Shown here piece after piece: positions 36,942 to 45,603 of a stretch of DNA of 62,990 nt. Location of the stretch: positions 1 to 62,990 of the forward strand of contig JBNRMS010000030.1 of assembly GCA_050309735.1 (NCBI GenBank), in the 5' to 3' direction. A model generated the notes under the pieces. The model did no database searches and had not been told where the DNA came from. It saw only the letters and a program-made list of their open reading frames with translations. The DNA is from Eubacteriales bacterium (GTDB lineage Bacteria; Bacillota; Clostridia; Oscillospirales; CAG-272). Positions within the stretch are counted from its first letter, which is position 1. Every line of letters begins with the position of its first letter. Position numbers and translations under genes: made by a program.

Positions 36942-38687
36942 ATGAAACTTTTTGATTACACCAAGGCAAGGCTCAGGGGAATATATGACGCCGTTGTGCG
37001 TTATTGGACGGTATTCCTGCTGCTCACGGCCGCCGCCGTATTGCGAGGCATATCAATCTCCAGTCAAGACAACTTTGAAAGGCATATCACGGCTCTTATT
37101 CTCGGCGCTTTCTGCTTCCTCCTTGCCCATGCGCTCGGCGAGAGATTCGGCAGAAGCCTTGCCGGGAGAGGCTCATATCTTCTTGCGGCGCTCATTGCAA
37201 CCGCCGCATATTATGTCTATCTTTTGAATGTCGAAAGTCTTGACGGCGCGGCAACATTAAGAACGACAACCCTTATCTTTGCGCTCTCAGCAGCCTTTAT
37301 ACTAACTCCCTCGTCCGGCGGGAAGGCCGATTTCAATGCCGTTTTCCTCAGTGTCTTCAAGGCCTTTTTCACCTCGCTATTCTTCTCGGGAATAATTTTT
37401 GGCGGCGTTTATCTGATTTTTATTGCTATCGACAACCTACTCGTGCGCCTTGACGGCGACATATACGCGCATATTGCCAATATTATCTGGGGCATTATCG
37501 CTCCTATGCTTATGCTCTCGCTGATTCCGGTATTTGGCGGCAGGGGGAGGAATGCCGCAAAGCTTGAGAAAGCAACCGGATACCCCAAATTCCTCGATAT
37601 CCTGCTCACCTATGTCCTCATCCCGCTCGCCTCGCTTTATACGCTTGTGCTTGTCATCTATATGGGTAAAACCATCGCCCTTCGCGACTGGCAAGACAAC
37701 CTGCTCGAACCGATGCTGCTTACCTATCTCATAGCGGTGCTCGTCATATATCTTTTGGTTAAGCGGCTCAAAAATGCTCCGGCTCGCTTTTTCGTGAGGC
37801 TTTTCCCGGCCTTTATCTCTGTTATAGCGGCCTTCCAGCTTGTCGCGTCGGTTATAAAGGCGTCAGACGAGGGGGTTGTGGCGGCGCGTTATAATGTTCT
37901 GCTGTTCAGTGTCTATTCGATTATTGTCGGCGCGCTCCTGTTCCTTAGGCCGGCCAAACCCAACGGTTATGTGGGGGCGCTTGCCGTCGCATTCGCGCTC
38001 ATAGCGGCGGCGCCGGTAATCGGTGCTTATGATGTTAGCATACGGAATCATATTGAAATGGTCGAGAATGTCCTCTTTGAGAACCAAATGCTCAGCGGCG
38101 GCGCGCTCACGCCAAAGTCAAATATCAGCGACCAGGATAAACAACGCCTTACCCGCACCATCTCATATCTTGACAGAGCGGGCGAGCTTGACCGGCTTGA
38201 GTTTCTGCCCGATGGCTTCTCGGCATATTCGGATTTTGAGAGAGTTTTCGGATTCGATCCATATGGCGAGGCGCATTTTAGCAAGGATTCAAAACATTAT
38301 TTAATAAGCGACAAAACCGTGATAAGCACCGCGGGATATGACTATTTCATCTCGTACTATCTCTATTTGCCGCAAAGAGGAAACACCACCTTAGCCGAGA
38401 TTGGCGGCGGTGAGTACACGCTCAGGCTCTCCGAGAAAAACGGGGGCGCTTCGATAACCCTCTCGGGCAAGGACGGACTTCTGCTTGAGGCGCCGCTGGG
38501 CGGCATCTATGACAAAATAAGCGAATATTCGTATGATAAGGAATATCTTGACGTTGACCGGCTTACCTTCGATTTTGAAAACGACGCGGCGAAAATACGC
38601 ATTGTGATGAAAAGCGTTTCGATCTACTCAAGCAAGGAGGAAAAGAATCTGAATGCCGATGTGTTTATACTTTTCGGGGTGAAATAA
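36942..38687 (+). CDS. Large polytopic membrane protein with C-terminal soluble domain (DUF4153-like)
   Basis: 581 aa. About 10 TM helices followed by a soluble tail of about 190 aa. GGAAGGAG RBS. The family assignment is from memory of the architecture only. Confidence 0.55.
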   Translation: MKLFDYTKARLRGIYDAVVRYWTVFLLLTAAAVLRGISISSQDNFERHITALILGAFCFLLAHALGERFGRSLAGRGSYLLAALIATAAYYVYLLNVESLDGAATLRTTTLIFALSAAFILTPSSGGKADFNAVFLSVFKAFFTSLFFSGIIFGGVYLIFIAIDNLLVRLDGDIYAHIANIIWGIIAPMLMLSLIPVFGGRGRNAAKLEKATGYPKFLDILLTYVLIPLASLYTLVLVIYMGKTIALRDWQDNLLEPMLLTYLIAVLVIYLLVKRLKNAPARFFVRLFPAFISVIAAFQLVASVIKASDEGVVAARYNVLLFSVYSIIVGALLFLRPAKPNGYVGALAVAFALIAAAPVIGAYDVSIRNHIEMVENVLFENQMLSGGALTPKSNISDQDKQRLTRTISYLDRAGELDRLEFLPDGFSAYSDFERVFGFDPYGEAHFSKDSKHYLISDKTVISTAGYDYFISYYLYLPQRGNTTLAEIGGGEYTLRLSEKNGGASITLSGKDGLLLEAPLGGIYDKISEYSYDKEYLDVDRLTFDFENDAAKIRIVMKSVSIYSSKEEKNLNADVFILFGVK

Positions 38688-38732
38688 CACCGAACTACAA
38701 TTAGGATGCCAAAAAATCCTTCAAAAGTTCTC

Positions 38733-38768
38733 GGGGGAAACTTCTAAAAAAGAAGTTTCCCCCTTTGT
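38733..38768 (+). terminator. Intrinsic terminator
   Basis: GGGGGAAACTTCT-aaaaa-AGAAGTTTCCCCC followed by TTTGTGT. Confidence 0.8.
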
Positions 38769-38828
38769 GTATTATCCAAGCCTTCCGGCGGCTCTGCATA
38801 ACATTTTATAAAAAACCAAAAAAAATTA

Positions 38829-38857
38829 TTGACATTTAATGTGAGATAGAATAAAAT
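38829..38857 (+). promoter_or_regulatory. Sigma-A type promoter of the FliB-like gene
   Basis: TTGACA, 17 nt, TAAAAT. Confidence 0.65.
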
Positions 38858-38912
38858 AATATCCGTGAAATTAAAGAGTTGAATATAAAATTTGTCTTCA
38901 GGAGAAACATAT

Positions 38913-40091
38913 TTGAGCCTGCATTCTTATCTCGTTCCAGACTATTATCCCGGTTTTAAGTGCAAGGGCGGGCAGTGTTCCCGCACCTGCTGCGCCGGCT
39001 GGCGCATAACTATTTCAATGAGAAAATATTTCGAGCTGCTCGGGATTAACTGCTCAAAAGAGCTGCGCGGGCGGCTCGACCGTGCCTTTTGCCTCTGCGA
39101 CAATCCAAGCCCCGAGAGATACGCTCAAATAGTGCCGGCCTGGAGCGGAAACTGCCCGGTGCAAACAGAAGACGGGCTCTGCGCGCTCCAGCTTGAATTG
39201 GGGGAGCGCGTTCTCACCGAGGCCTGCCGCTATTATCCGCGCGCTATGCGGAGCGAATATCGATATGAATGCTCGGCGGCAAACAGTTGCGAGGCGGTTG
39301 TTGAGCAGCTTCTTTTTCGCTCCGAGCCTATTTCCTTTCGGCGCAAGCGCCTTTTCTTTATGCGTGAGGACGACCCGACAAGCCTGCGCTTAACCGATAA
39401 GGCAAGGTATGTCAACGCGATTCGCGGCGCCGCCATACAAATTCTTCAGGACAGAAACCACCCCTTTTGCGATCGGATGATAAGGCTCGGCGCTTTTATT
39501 TCGGAACTATCCGAGGCGGGTGACGGCGGGCAAGCGGCAATCAAAAAAATTCTCGCCTCAATAAAAGCACAAAAACACCCACCTGATGATAATTATGCCG
39601 TTACAATCCTGCACTATCTGATCTCATGGTTTGAAGAGGCACGTCCCGAATCGGCGGCCTGCGAATATTTTATCAAGGCACAGACCCGCCTTGGCATTGA
39701 GGGTGCCGATGAGCTTGATGCGGCGGGAGCGGCTCTTGCCGCCGAGAAATACCGCCGCGCTCGAGACGAGTTCCGGGCTGACTATCCCGATTATGACACG
39801 ATGTCCGAGCAGATAATGGTCAACCACCTGTTTTATTCGGGCTTTCCCTTCTCGGGGCAGCTTGGCGGCCCCAATGATGAATATCTCTCCTTCTCGGCCG
39901 TCTATTCCTTTGTCCGATTGCTCACCGTTGCATGTCACAATGCGGGAGACCCCCCCGAGAAGATAACCGACATAATCGCCACCGCCTTCCGGCTTATCGA
40001 GCATTCGGGATTCGACCGCAACACGGCAATCCTGATGAAGCGAGCCGGCTGCAACACGCCCGAGCGCATAGCAGCGCTGCTCTTGATATAG
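38913..40091 (+). CDS. FliB-like Cys-rich protein (flagellin lysine-N-methylase family)
   Basis: PGFKCKGGQCSRTCCAGWRITI, GNCPVQTEDGLCALQLELGERVLTEACRYYPRA and SCEAVVEQLLF parallel the Cys-cluster layout of Salmonella FliB as I recall it. The likely start is TTG at 38913, 7 nt after AGGAGA. The track start at 38892 is also TTG. Confidence 0.65.
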   Translation: MSLHSYLVPDYYPGFKCKGGQCSRTCCAGWRITISMRKYFELLGINCSKELRGRLDRAFCLCDNPSPERYAQIVPAWSGNCPVQTEDGLCALQLELGERVLTEACRYYPRAMRSEYRYECSAANSCEAVVEQLLFRSEPISFRRKRLFFMREDDPTSLRLTDKARYVNAIRGAAIQILQDRNHPFCDRMIRLGAFISELSEAGDGGQAAIKKILASIKAQKHPPDDNYAVTILHYLISWFEEARPESAACEYFIKAQTRLGIEGADELDAAGAALAAEKYRRARDEFRADYPDYDTMSEQIMVNHLFYSGFPFSGQLGGPNDEYLSFSAVYSFVRLLTVACHNAGDPPEKITDIIATAFRLIEHSGFDRNTAILMKRAGCNTPERIAALLLI

Positions 40092-40158
40092 AGGAGACAG
40101 ACAAATCAGGTAGGATTCGGCGTTTAAACCGGAAGCAATCAAATAACTGTCGGCCTCG

Positions 40159-40185
40159 CATGGGAGAAATTCACTTGCGACTATG
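40159..40185 (+). repeat. Dispersed repeat family 1, copy D (3' half only)
   Basis: CATGGGAGAAATTCACTTGCGACTATG is identical to the 3' segment of copy C. It lies between convergent genes. Confidence 0.75.
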
Positions 40186-40196
40186 ATACTTCAGCT

Positions 40197-41297
40197 TTAT
40201 TGCCCCTTCTCCCCTCTTCCCTCCCTGCCCCCGCCGAGCAGACGGACAAGAAGACGCAGGACAACGGAACGTGAGTTTTTGTCAAGACCGCGGAAGGCTT
40301 TCATTATCTGATTGAAGTTTTTGAGCCTGGCACCGTCAAGATCGGTAAGGGTGCGGGCGCCGGTCGAGTCGATGACAGTAAAGAGGATTTCGGCGAATTT
40401 TTCCTTTTCCTCGTCGCTCATCGAATAAACCCAGCTTCGTAAGGCCTCCTCGCTGTGCCGGCTGAATCTCGATCTCTCCTCAAGATAAACAAAGCGCGGC
40501 CCCAGCACCTTCCAAGAGAGCGGGTCATGCTGCAATATTGCGCTCTCGCCGCTCTTTATTATCTGACAGACCGGGCTTTGTTCGAGTATTGAGCCGACAA
40601 TTGACGACTGAGGCACAAATGTGATAATCCGGTCGGCGACGGCGGTATAGGAAGGCTCGCTGATTACATCGGGGAGGAAGCCGGGGCCATCGTTATTGTA
40701 AACCCGAATTATGCGCGAGCGTATTTCCTCGCTGCAGTGCGACGCCGCCCACATGGCGATATTACCCCCCTTTGAATGCCCGCCGATATATATCCCACCC
40801 TCTCGACAAGCGGCAGCCTTGGCGAGATAGCCTTCGGAATAGACATGAGCCGGTATCGGCGTCTTAAATCCGATACGAAGATCCTCCTTCCACCCGACAA
40901 TTGTGTCATCTGTGCCGCGATATGCAACATAAATTTGGTTCCCGGGTAGAAGATATGTCAGAGCGGCAAACTGCATTTCATTGTCCTCATCGACAATATT
41001 CACAAAGCCGACAAGGCCTATATCGCAAAAGCGCGGGCAGGCGGCGGCCTTTTTCGCCATATCTATAATATTGGAGGGAATGAGAACGCCGAGATAATCC
41101 CTTCCATCCGAGAGAACTGAGAATTTCTTCATCGCATCTCCGAAAGAAACAGGCTCATCATCATGTCCGGGCGGCACAATTCCCGAAAAATCAACAAAGG
41201 CCGTCATCGCAAATATTATATTGTCAACCTCATTAAGAGGCGAGCCGCAAAGCGTGACATCGCCCCTCCAGGCGATATAATCGATTACATTACTCAC
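40197..41297 (-). CDS. Mbeg1-like (DUF2974) alpha/beta-hydrolase, lipase-like
   Basis: 366 aa. YVAYRGTDDTIVGWKEDL, and the nucleophile elbow GGHSKGGN. GTG start. Confidence 0.75.
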   Translation of the reverse strand: MSNVIDYIAWRGDVTLCGSPLNEVDNIIFAMTAFVDFSGIVPPGHDDEPVSFGDAMKKFSVLSDGRDYLGVLIPSNIIDMAKKAAACPRFCDIGLVGFVNIVDEDNEMQFAALTYLLPGNQIYVAYRGTDDTIVGWKEDLRIGFKTPIPAHVYSEGYLAKAAACREGGIYIGGHSKGGNIAMWAASHCSEEIRSRIIRVYNNDGPGFLPDVISEPSYTAVADRIITFVPQSSIVGSILEQSPVCQIIKSGESAILQHDPLSWKVLGPRFVYLEERSRFSRHSEEALRSWVYSMSDEEKEKFAEILFTVIDSTGARTLTDLDGARLKNFNQIMKAFRGLDKNSRSVVLRLLVRLLGGGREGRGEKGQ

Positions 41298-41306
41298 GGC
41301 AATCCC

Positions 41307-41582
41307 TCAATTCTCATATCCTTGACCGAGCACCGCGACAACAAAGAGCGGATAGCGGCCTGACAATCTGATATAAAAACAGGGGCGGACAAGCGAGTAG
41401 AGAGCTTCACCGTCAAGGGCGAGCGATATAGTGCCGGCGACGTCGGCGTCGGTCATTTGTTGGTCGTCCGAGGTGTCTGCAGAGCCGCCCGGGCTCGCGC
41501 ACGAGACAAGGACGAGCAGTTGAAATAAAAGGAATAAAATCAGAGCCAGCGATAAAATTTTTGCTTTTTGTGTTTTTATCAT
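41307..41582 (-). CDS. Small putative lipoprotein
   Basis: 91 aa. Signal peptide with lipobox LVSC (MIKTQKAKILSLALILFLLFQLLVLVSCAS). Confidence 0.65.
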   Translation of the reverse strand: MIKTQKAKILSLALILFLLFQLLVLVSCASPGGSADTSDDQQMTDADVAGTISLALDGEALYSLVRPCFYIRLSGRYPLFVVAVLGQGYEN

Positions 41583-41617
41583 TAAAAAAACCGCCTTAAA
41601 AATAATATCTCATTATA

Positions 41618-41646
41618 ATTATATCAAGCGGGCGAATTGGTGTCAA
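41618..41646 (-). promoter_or_regulatory. Sigma-A type promoter of the lipoprotein/Mbeg1-like operon
   Basis: The minus strand reads TTGACA, 17 nt, TATAAT (consensus in both hexamers). Confidence 0.75.
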
Positions 41647-41719
41647 GAAGGAAGACAGCCCTTGACACGATGTTCCGTATCAAGAGCTGTCATTCTTGGT
41701 TGCCCAAAAGCGGGCATAT

Positions 41720-41797
41720 TGGGGTGAGATATGGGAATCGAACCCACGGCCTTCAGGGCCACAACCTGACGCGCTAACCAACTGCGCTAATCCCACC
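41720..41797 (-). tRNA. tRNA-His (anticodon GTG) with encoded G-1
   Basis: The reverse complement is G-GTGGGAT-TA-GCGC-AGTTGGTTA-GCGC-G-TCAGG-TTGTGGC-CCTGA-AGGCC-GTGGG-TTCGATT-CCCAT-ATCTCAC-C-CCA. The extra 5' G opposite C73 is the His identity feature. Confidence 0.9.
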
Positions 41798-41823
41798 ATA
41801 ATGCCGGGGATTCTTCCCCGACA

Positions 41824-41900
41824 TGGCGTGCCTTGGGGGATTCGAACCCTCGACCTACTGCTTAGAAGGCAGTTGCTCTATCCATCTGAGCTAAAGGCAC
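41824..41900 (-). tRNA. tRNA-Arg (anticodon TCT)
   Basis: The reverse complement is GTGCCTT-TA-GCTC-AGATGGATA-GAGC-A-ACTGC-CTTCTAA-GCAGT-AGGTC-GAGGG-TTCGAAT-CCCCC-AAGGCAC-G-CCA. There is one A.C mismatch in the T stem. Confidence 0.85.
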
Positions 41901-41920
41901 AAATAGCAGTGAATATTTAA

Positions 41921-41987
41921 CGGTGAACAATGAACATTGAATAATCAACAGTTCATTGTTCACCGCGCGTTTTGAGGAAAAACGCGC
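41921..41987 (-). other. Two consecutive strong stem-loops in the tRNA-Gly/tRNA-Arg spacer
   Basis: 15-bp perfect stem CGGTGAACAATGAAC/GTTCATTGTTCACCG (41921-41965, 15-nt loop), immediately followed by the 9-bp stem GCGCGTTTT/AAAACGCGC (41966-41987). Confidence 0.8.
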
Positions 41988-41992
41988 ATATC

Positions 41993-42066
<74 letters not shown>

Positions 42067-42095
42067 GCATACACTTGCAGTAAAACCGCTTAAAT

Positions 42096-42124
42096 ATGAT
42101 ATCACACTTCTTCTTTCTTGTCAA
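42096..42124 (-). promoter_or_regulatory. Promoter of the tRNA-Gly/Arg/His cluster
   Basis: The minus strand reads TTGACA, 17 nt, TATCAT, about 30 nt upstream of tRNA-Gly. Confidence 0.7.
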
Positions 42125-42170
42125 TAGTTTTTTAAAATAATCCGACTTAAGGTGTATTTTGCAAAAAGTC

Positions 42171-42200
42171 TTGATATCGGGCGGCATTGTATGGTAGAAT
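42171..42200 (+). promoter_or_regulatory. Promoter of yqeG-like gene
   Basis: TTGATA, 18 nt (ending TGg), TAGAAT. It has the same shape as the tRNA-Arg(CCG) promoter. Confidence 0.6.
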
Positions 42201-42249
42201 AACTGTAAATTAATCTCACCCCTTCCCGGCCCACAAAAGGAGGCGACAC

Positions 42250-42747
42250 ATGGCTATCTCTCTCGTCCCAGACATGATTTTTGAAAAATACAGCGACCTC
42301 ACCCCCGAATTTCTTGAATCCGAGGGAGTGTCGGCGCTGCTTATCGATATAGACAATACACTTGCTCCCTATGAGCAGCCCGAACCGGACGAGGAAAATA
42401 TCCTCTGGCTCAGAAGGCTCCGGGAGGCGGGGGTAGCCTGCGCCCTTGTTTCAAACAACAATCGCGAGCGTGTCGAGCTTTTCTCGCGCGGGCTTGGTAT
42501 CCCGGCATATGCCGGCTGCGGCAAGCCCCGAAAAAAGCATCTGCTCGCCGCGCTCACCGCCATCAGAGCCGCGCCCGATAGGGCGGCAATCCTTGGCGAC
42601 CAAATATTCACCGACTGCCTCGCCGCGCGGCGAGTCGGCATGAAGGCATATATCGTTCCGCCTATAAAAGACAAGAAAACTCTCTTTTTCCGCTTTAAAC
42701 GGCTGCTTGAAAAGCCCTTTTTAAAAGATAATGCCCTCAAAAGGTGA
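42250..42747 (+). CDS. yqeG: YqeG-family HAD-IIIA phosphatase
   Basis: 165 aa. LLIDIDNTL (DxDxT nucleophile motif), VSNN, GDQIFTD. AAAGGAGG RBS. Confidence 0.8.
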   Translation: MAISLVPDMIFEKYSDLTPEFLESEGVSALLIDIDNTLAPYEQPEPDEENILWLRRLREAGVACALVSNNNRERVELFSRGLGIPAYAGCGKPRKKHLLAALTAIRAAPDRAAILGDQIFTDCLAARRVGMKAYIVPPIKDKKTLFFRFKRLLEKPFLKDNALKR

Positions 42748-42844
42748 GAGTTGTGCCTTTGCCGCACTTATTGGCGGCGGCGACTGGGCAGGCGCCGAAT
42801 CGGCACATCTCTCACAACAATCAGAAAGGACATGGTAGTAAAAA

Positions 42845-43699
42845 ATGAGCAATCCAATATTCGGACCCGCCGGAAACAGCGATTCCTTCTACGCCGAAGG
42901 AAACAAGTCAACGCATCAGGCACCGGCATGGCTGCACGCGCGCGGCCTTGGAGCATATGAATACCAGGCCGGCAACGGACTTACCGCCGGGGAGGCAACA
43001 CTGACACGCATCGGCGAAGAGGCGCGTAAACACGGCATAAAAATGTCGCTGCACACCCCCTATTATATCTCGCTCTCGGGCGTTGATCCTGAAAAAAGAC
43101 TGAAAAGTATTACCTATATCACTCAGTCGCTGCGCGCCGCCGAGTTTCTCGGAGCAGATATAATAGTCATCCACACCGGCTCGGCCGCGAAAATCAGCCG
43201 CGCCGAGGCGCTCGCGCTGGCGCGCGACACGCTTGAGAGAACGCTCGGGGAGGTTGGCGACACTAAAATCCGGCTCGGACTCGAAACAATGGGCAAGGTC
43301 AACCAGCTCGGCACGCTCGAAGAAGTGATAGAGCTGTGCCAAATCTCGCCCGCCCTTGTTCCGGTCGTCGATTTCGGGCATCTCAATGCCCGGGCGGTCG
43401 GCGGGCAGTTTCCTGATGTCGACAGCTACCGCCGGATATTCGACAGAATCGCCGCAGCGCTCGGAGACGACATCGCAAAAAATCTGCATTGCCATTTCTC
43501 AAAGATCGAGTACACCCGCGCCGGAGAGCGCCGCCACCTGACCTTTGCCGACACACAGTTCGGCCCCGACTTCCACCCTTTAGCAGAGGCGATAGTCGGA
43601 GAGGGTCTCTCGCCCCGCATAATCTGTGAGTCTGACGGCACAATGGCCGAGGATGCGCTCGAAATGCAGGAAATATGCCGCGGTCTTATGGCAAAATAA
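42845..43699 (+). CDS. TIM-barrel protein of the endonuclease IV/AP-endonuclease 2 family
   Basis: 284 aa. GAYEYQ, SLHTPYYISL, IVIHTG, LGLETMG, DFGHLNA and HCHFS match the spacing of metal ligands in Nfo-like barrels. The function is not certain. Confidence 0.6.
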   Translation: MSNPIFGPAGNSDSFYAEGNKSTHQAPAWLHARGLGAYEYQAGNGLTAGEATLTRIGEEARKHGIKMSLHTPYYISLSGVDPEKRLKSITYITQSLRAAEFLGADIIVIHTGSAAKISRAEALALARDTLERTLGEVGDTKIRLGLETMGKVNQLGTLEEVIELCQISPALVPVVDFGHLNARAVGGQFPDVDSYRRIFDRIAAALGDDIAKNLHCHFSKIEYTRAGERRHLTFADTQFGPDFHPLAEAIVGEGLSPRIICESDGTMAEDALEMQEICRGLMAK

Positions 43700-43715
43700 A
43701 CAAAAGTCTATTTGA

Positions 43716-43732
43716 GCCGCCCTTCGGGCGGC
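43716..43732 (+). promoter_or_regulatory. GC hairpin plus SD leader module (family 2, copy R5)
   Basis: GCCGCC-cttcg-GGCGGC is immediately followed by ATGGGGG, then TTAAT and ATG of the aminopeptidase gene. Confidence 0.6.
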
Positions 43733-43744
43733 ATGGGGGTTAAT

Positions 43745-44821
43745 ATGACACATCTTGAAAAACTCAAAAGCCGGCTCGGCGGAGCCAATCCCGACGCTGT
43801 GATAGTTTCGTCCTATGTGAACCGGCGCTATCTCTCGGGCTTCTCCTTCTCCGACGGATATCTCTTGCTCACACGCGAAAAATGCTATCTTATAACAGAT
43901 TTTCGATATACCGAGGCCGCCACGCTTAGCGCAGACCGCGGGCTTATCGTCACAGCGCCGGCCGGCGGGATTCCGGCTTTCATTGCCGAGGCGCTTGCCG
44001 AGAACGGCTGCCGGTCAGTCGCTTTTGAGGAGGCGACCCTCTCTTATTCGTCCTTTGAGGAACTGCGCGATGCCCTCCCCGGGGTTGAGCTTATCCCGGG
44101 CGGCTCGGCGATTATCGACGGCCTGCGCGAGATAAAGGATGAGAGCGAGCAAAAAAAGATCGCCGCGGCGCAGAATATCACAGACGACGCCTTCGAGCAT
44201 ATTCTAAAATTTATCAAGCCCGGAATGACCGAGCGCGAGCTCGCGCTTGAGCTTGAGTTTTTCATGAGGAGAGCCGGCGCCGAGGGAGCGGCCTTTGAAA
44301 TTATCGCCGTGTCGGGGAGCGCATCATCAATGCCGCACGGCACCCCGCGAAACACACCGCTTGAGCCCGGCTTCCTTACACTTGATTTCGGCGCCCGGGT
44401 GGAGGGATATTGCTCCGACATGACCCGCACGGTAGTCCTCGGCCGCGCCGACAACGAGATGAAACGACTTTACAACACCACTCTCACCGCCCAGCTTGCC
44501 GCGCTAAAGGCTATACATGAGGGTGCCGATTGCCGCTCGGTAGACCGTGTCGCGCGCGACATAATATATAGCGCCGGATACGAGGGCTGTTTCGGCCACG
44601 GGCTCGGCCACGGGGTCGGGATGTATATTCATGAGGCGCCCCGCCTCTCAGGCAGAGCACCGGAGCGAGCGCGTCTTGCGGCAGGTCATATTGTAACAGT
44701 TGAGCCGGGGATTTATATCGCCGGGAAATACGGCTGCCGGATTGAGGATATGGTGGCAGTAACGGCGGAGGGCATTCATAATTTCACTCGCAGTCCAAAG
44801 GATTTGATTGAATTGTTTTAG
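43745..44821 (+). CDS. Xaa-Pro aminopeptidase (M24B, aminopeptidase P family)
   Basis: Contains HGLGHGVGMYIHE and VEPGIY. I prefer the start at 43745 (MTHLEKLKS), after GGGGG. In-frame upstream ATGs exist at 43733 and 43712. Confidence 0.85.
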   Translation: MTHLEKLKSRLGGANPDAVIVSSYVNRRYLSGFSFSDGYLLLTREKCYLITDFRYTEAATLSADRGLIVTAPAGGIPAFIAEALAENGCRSVAFEEATLSYSSFEELRDALPGVELIPGGSAIIDGLREIKDESEQKKIAAAQNITDDAFEHILKFIKPGMTERELALELEFFMRRAGAEGAAFEIIAVSGSASSMPHGTPRNTPLEPGFLTLDFGARVEGYCSDMTRTVVLGRADNEMKRLYNTTLTAQLAALKAIHEGADCRSVDRVARDIIYSAGYEGCFGHGLGHGVGMYIHEAPRLSGRAPERARLAAGHIVTVEPGIYIAGKYGCRIEDMVAVTAEGIHNFTRSPKDLIELF

Positions 44822-44845
44822 CTTTATGCTAAACACTATTAAATC

Positions 44846-44883
44846 ATTAAGTCAATGAGGGGGCTGGTGTTAAGTTCAATGTT
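44846..44883 (+). repeat. Left copy of an inverted repeat pair (compact form)
   Basis: ATTAAGTCAATGAGGGGG plus CTGGTGTTAAGTTCAATGTT. The 20-mer at 44864-44883 is the perfect reverse complement of 52268-52287. The 16-mer at 44846-44861 matches the reverse complement of 52426-52441 at 14 of 16 positions. Confidence 0.85.
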
Positions 44884-44982
44884 TTAATGAGGCAATAGCC
44901 CAAGTTCCGGGCAATTCAATCTTCCCTCTCCACCGGCAAGAGCCTCTTGTTTATTGCAGCTCCCGCGCATGGCATTGAATCC

Positions 44983-45027
44983 CGACAAAACAATTCGGAG
45001 GGAGCTTTTCATAAAGCTCCCCCGAAT
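44983..45027 (-). terminator. Intrinsic terminator downstream of the Tudor-like gene
   Basis: The minus strand reads TTCGGGGGAGCTTT-atga-AAAGCTCCCTCCGAA followed by TTGTTTTGTC. Confidence 0.7.
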
Positions 45028-45103
45028 CTATCTTGTCATTCATAATTAACCGAATATCTATACTCCTGCAGCCTGCTCTTCCTCGGGTGTTTCCTCGTCC
45101 TTA

Positions 45104-45469
45104 TCAATTTTTTTTAACCCTTAGCTTTTCGGCTCTTTTTCTTGAATAGGCCATCGCCTTTTTGCGCATGGCGATAAGATTTTTTTCATGTTCGCGCCGC
45201 GCGTTTATTGCCTCAAGACGTTCTTTTTCATATCTTGCCACTTCTTCCTCGGCTTGCTTTTGGATTTTTTTGATCCTGCTCTCTATTTCGGTCTGACATT
45301 TTTTGTCCTCATACGCCAAGTATTTAGAAAAAGCATCGGGATAAACAAATGTCTTTTCGCCCACCTCCGGGTCGTCGAACAACACCTTTATGTATTTTTC
45401 ATTACTTGACTGTATAACCCCTCGTCCCCATACGATATGATTCACAATGCAGTCTGACATATCTATCAC
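45104..45469 (-). CDS. Small Tudor-like domain plus coiled-coil protein
   Basis: 121 aa. The N-terminus HIVWGRGVIQSSNEKYIKVLFDDPEVGEKTFVYPDAF resembles the PcrA/UvrD C-terminal Tudor-like (DUF3553-type) pattern. The C-terminal half is charged and heptad-like. Confidence 0.55.
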   Translation of the reverse strand: MIDMSDCIVNHIVWGRGVIQSSNEKYIKVLFDDPEVGEKTFVYPDAFSKYLAYEDKKCQTEIESRIKKIQKQAEEEVARYEKERLEAINARREHEKNLIAMRKKAMAYSRKRAEKLRVKKN

Positions 45470-45603
45470 CTAACCTTTCCCTAGGGCAAGCGCATGGCGA
45501 CTTGCCCGTGTCCGGGCAGCTTTAACTAAAGCCGGCACGGCTTCTTGCCCGGAATAATCTTTTTTCCGACGGCGAATCTTAATTTATCGATTTCCCAGCC
45601 CCC

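Noticed and set aside
42748-42960. Track ORFs 42751-42960(+) and 42768-42956(-) between yqeG and the endonuclease IV-like gene.
   Set aside because: They are Arg-rich, featureless 62-69-aa products. One overlaps the well-supported downstream gene start, and neither has an RBS.
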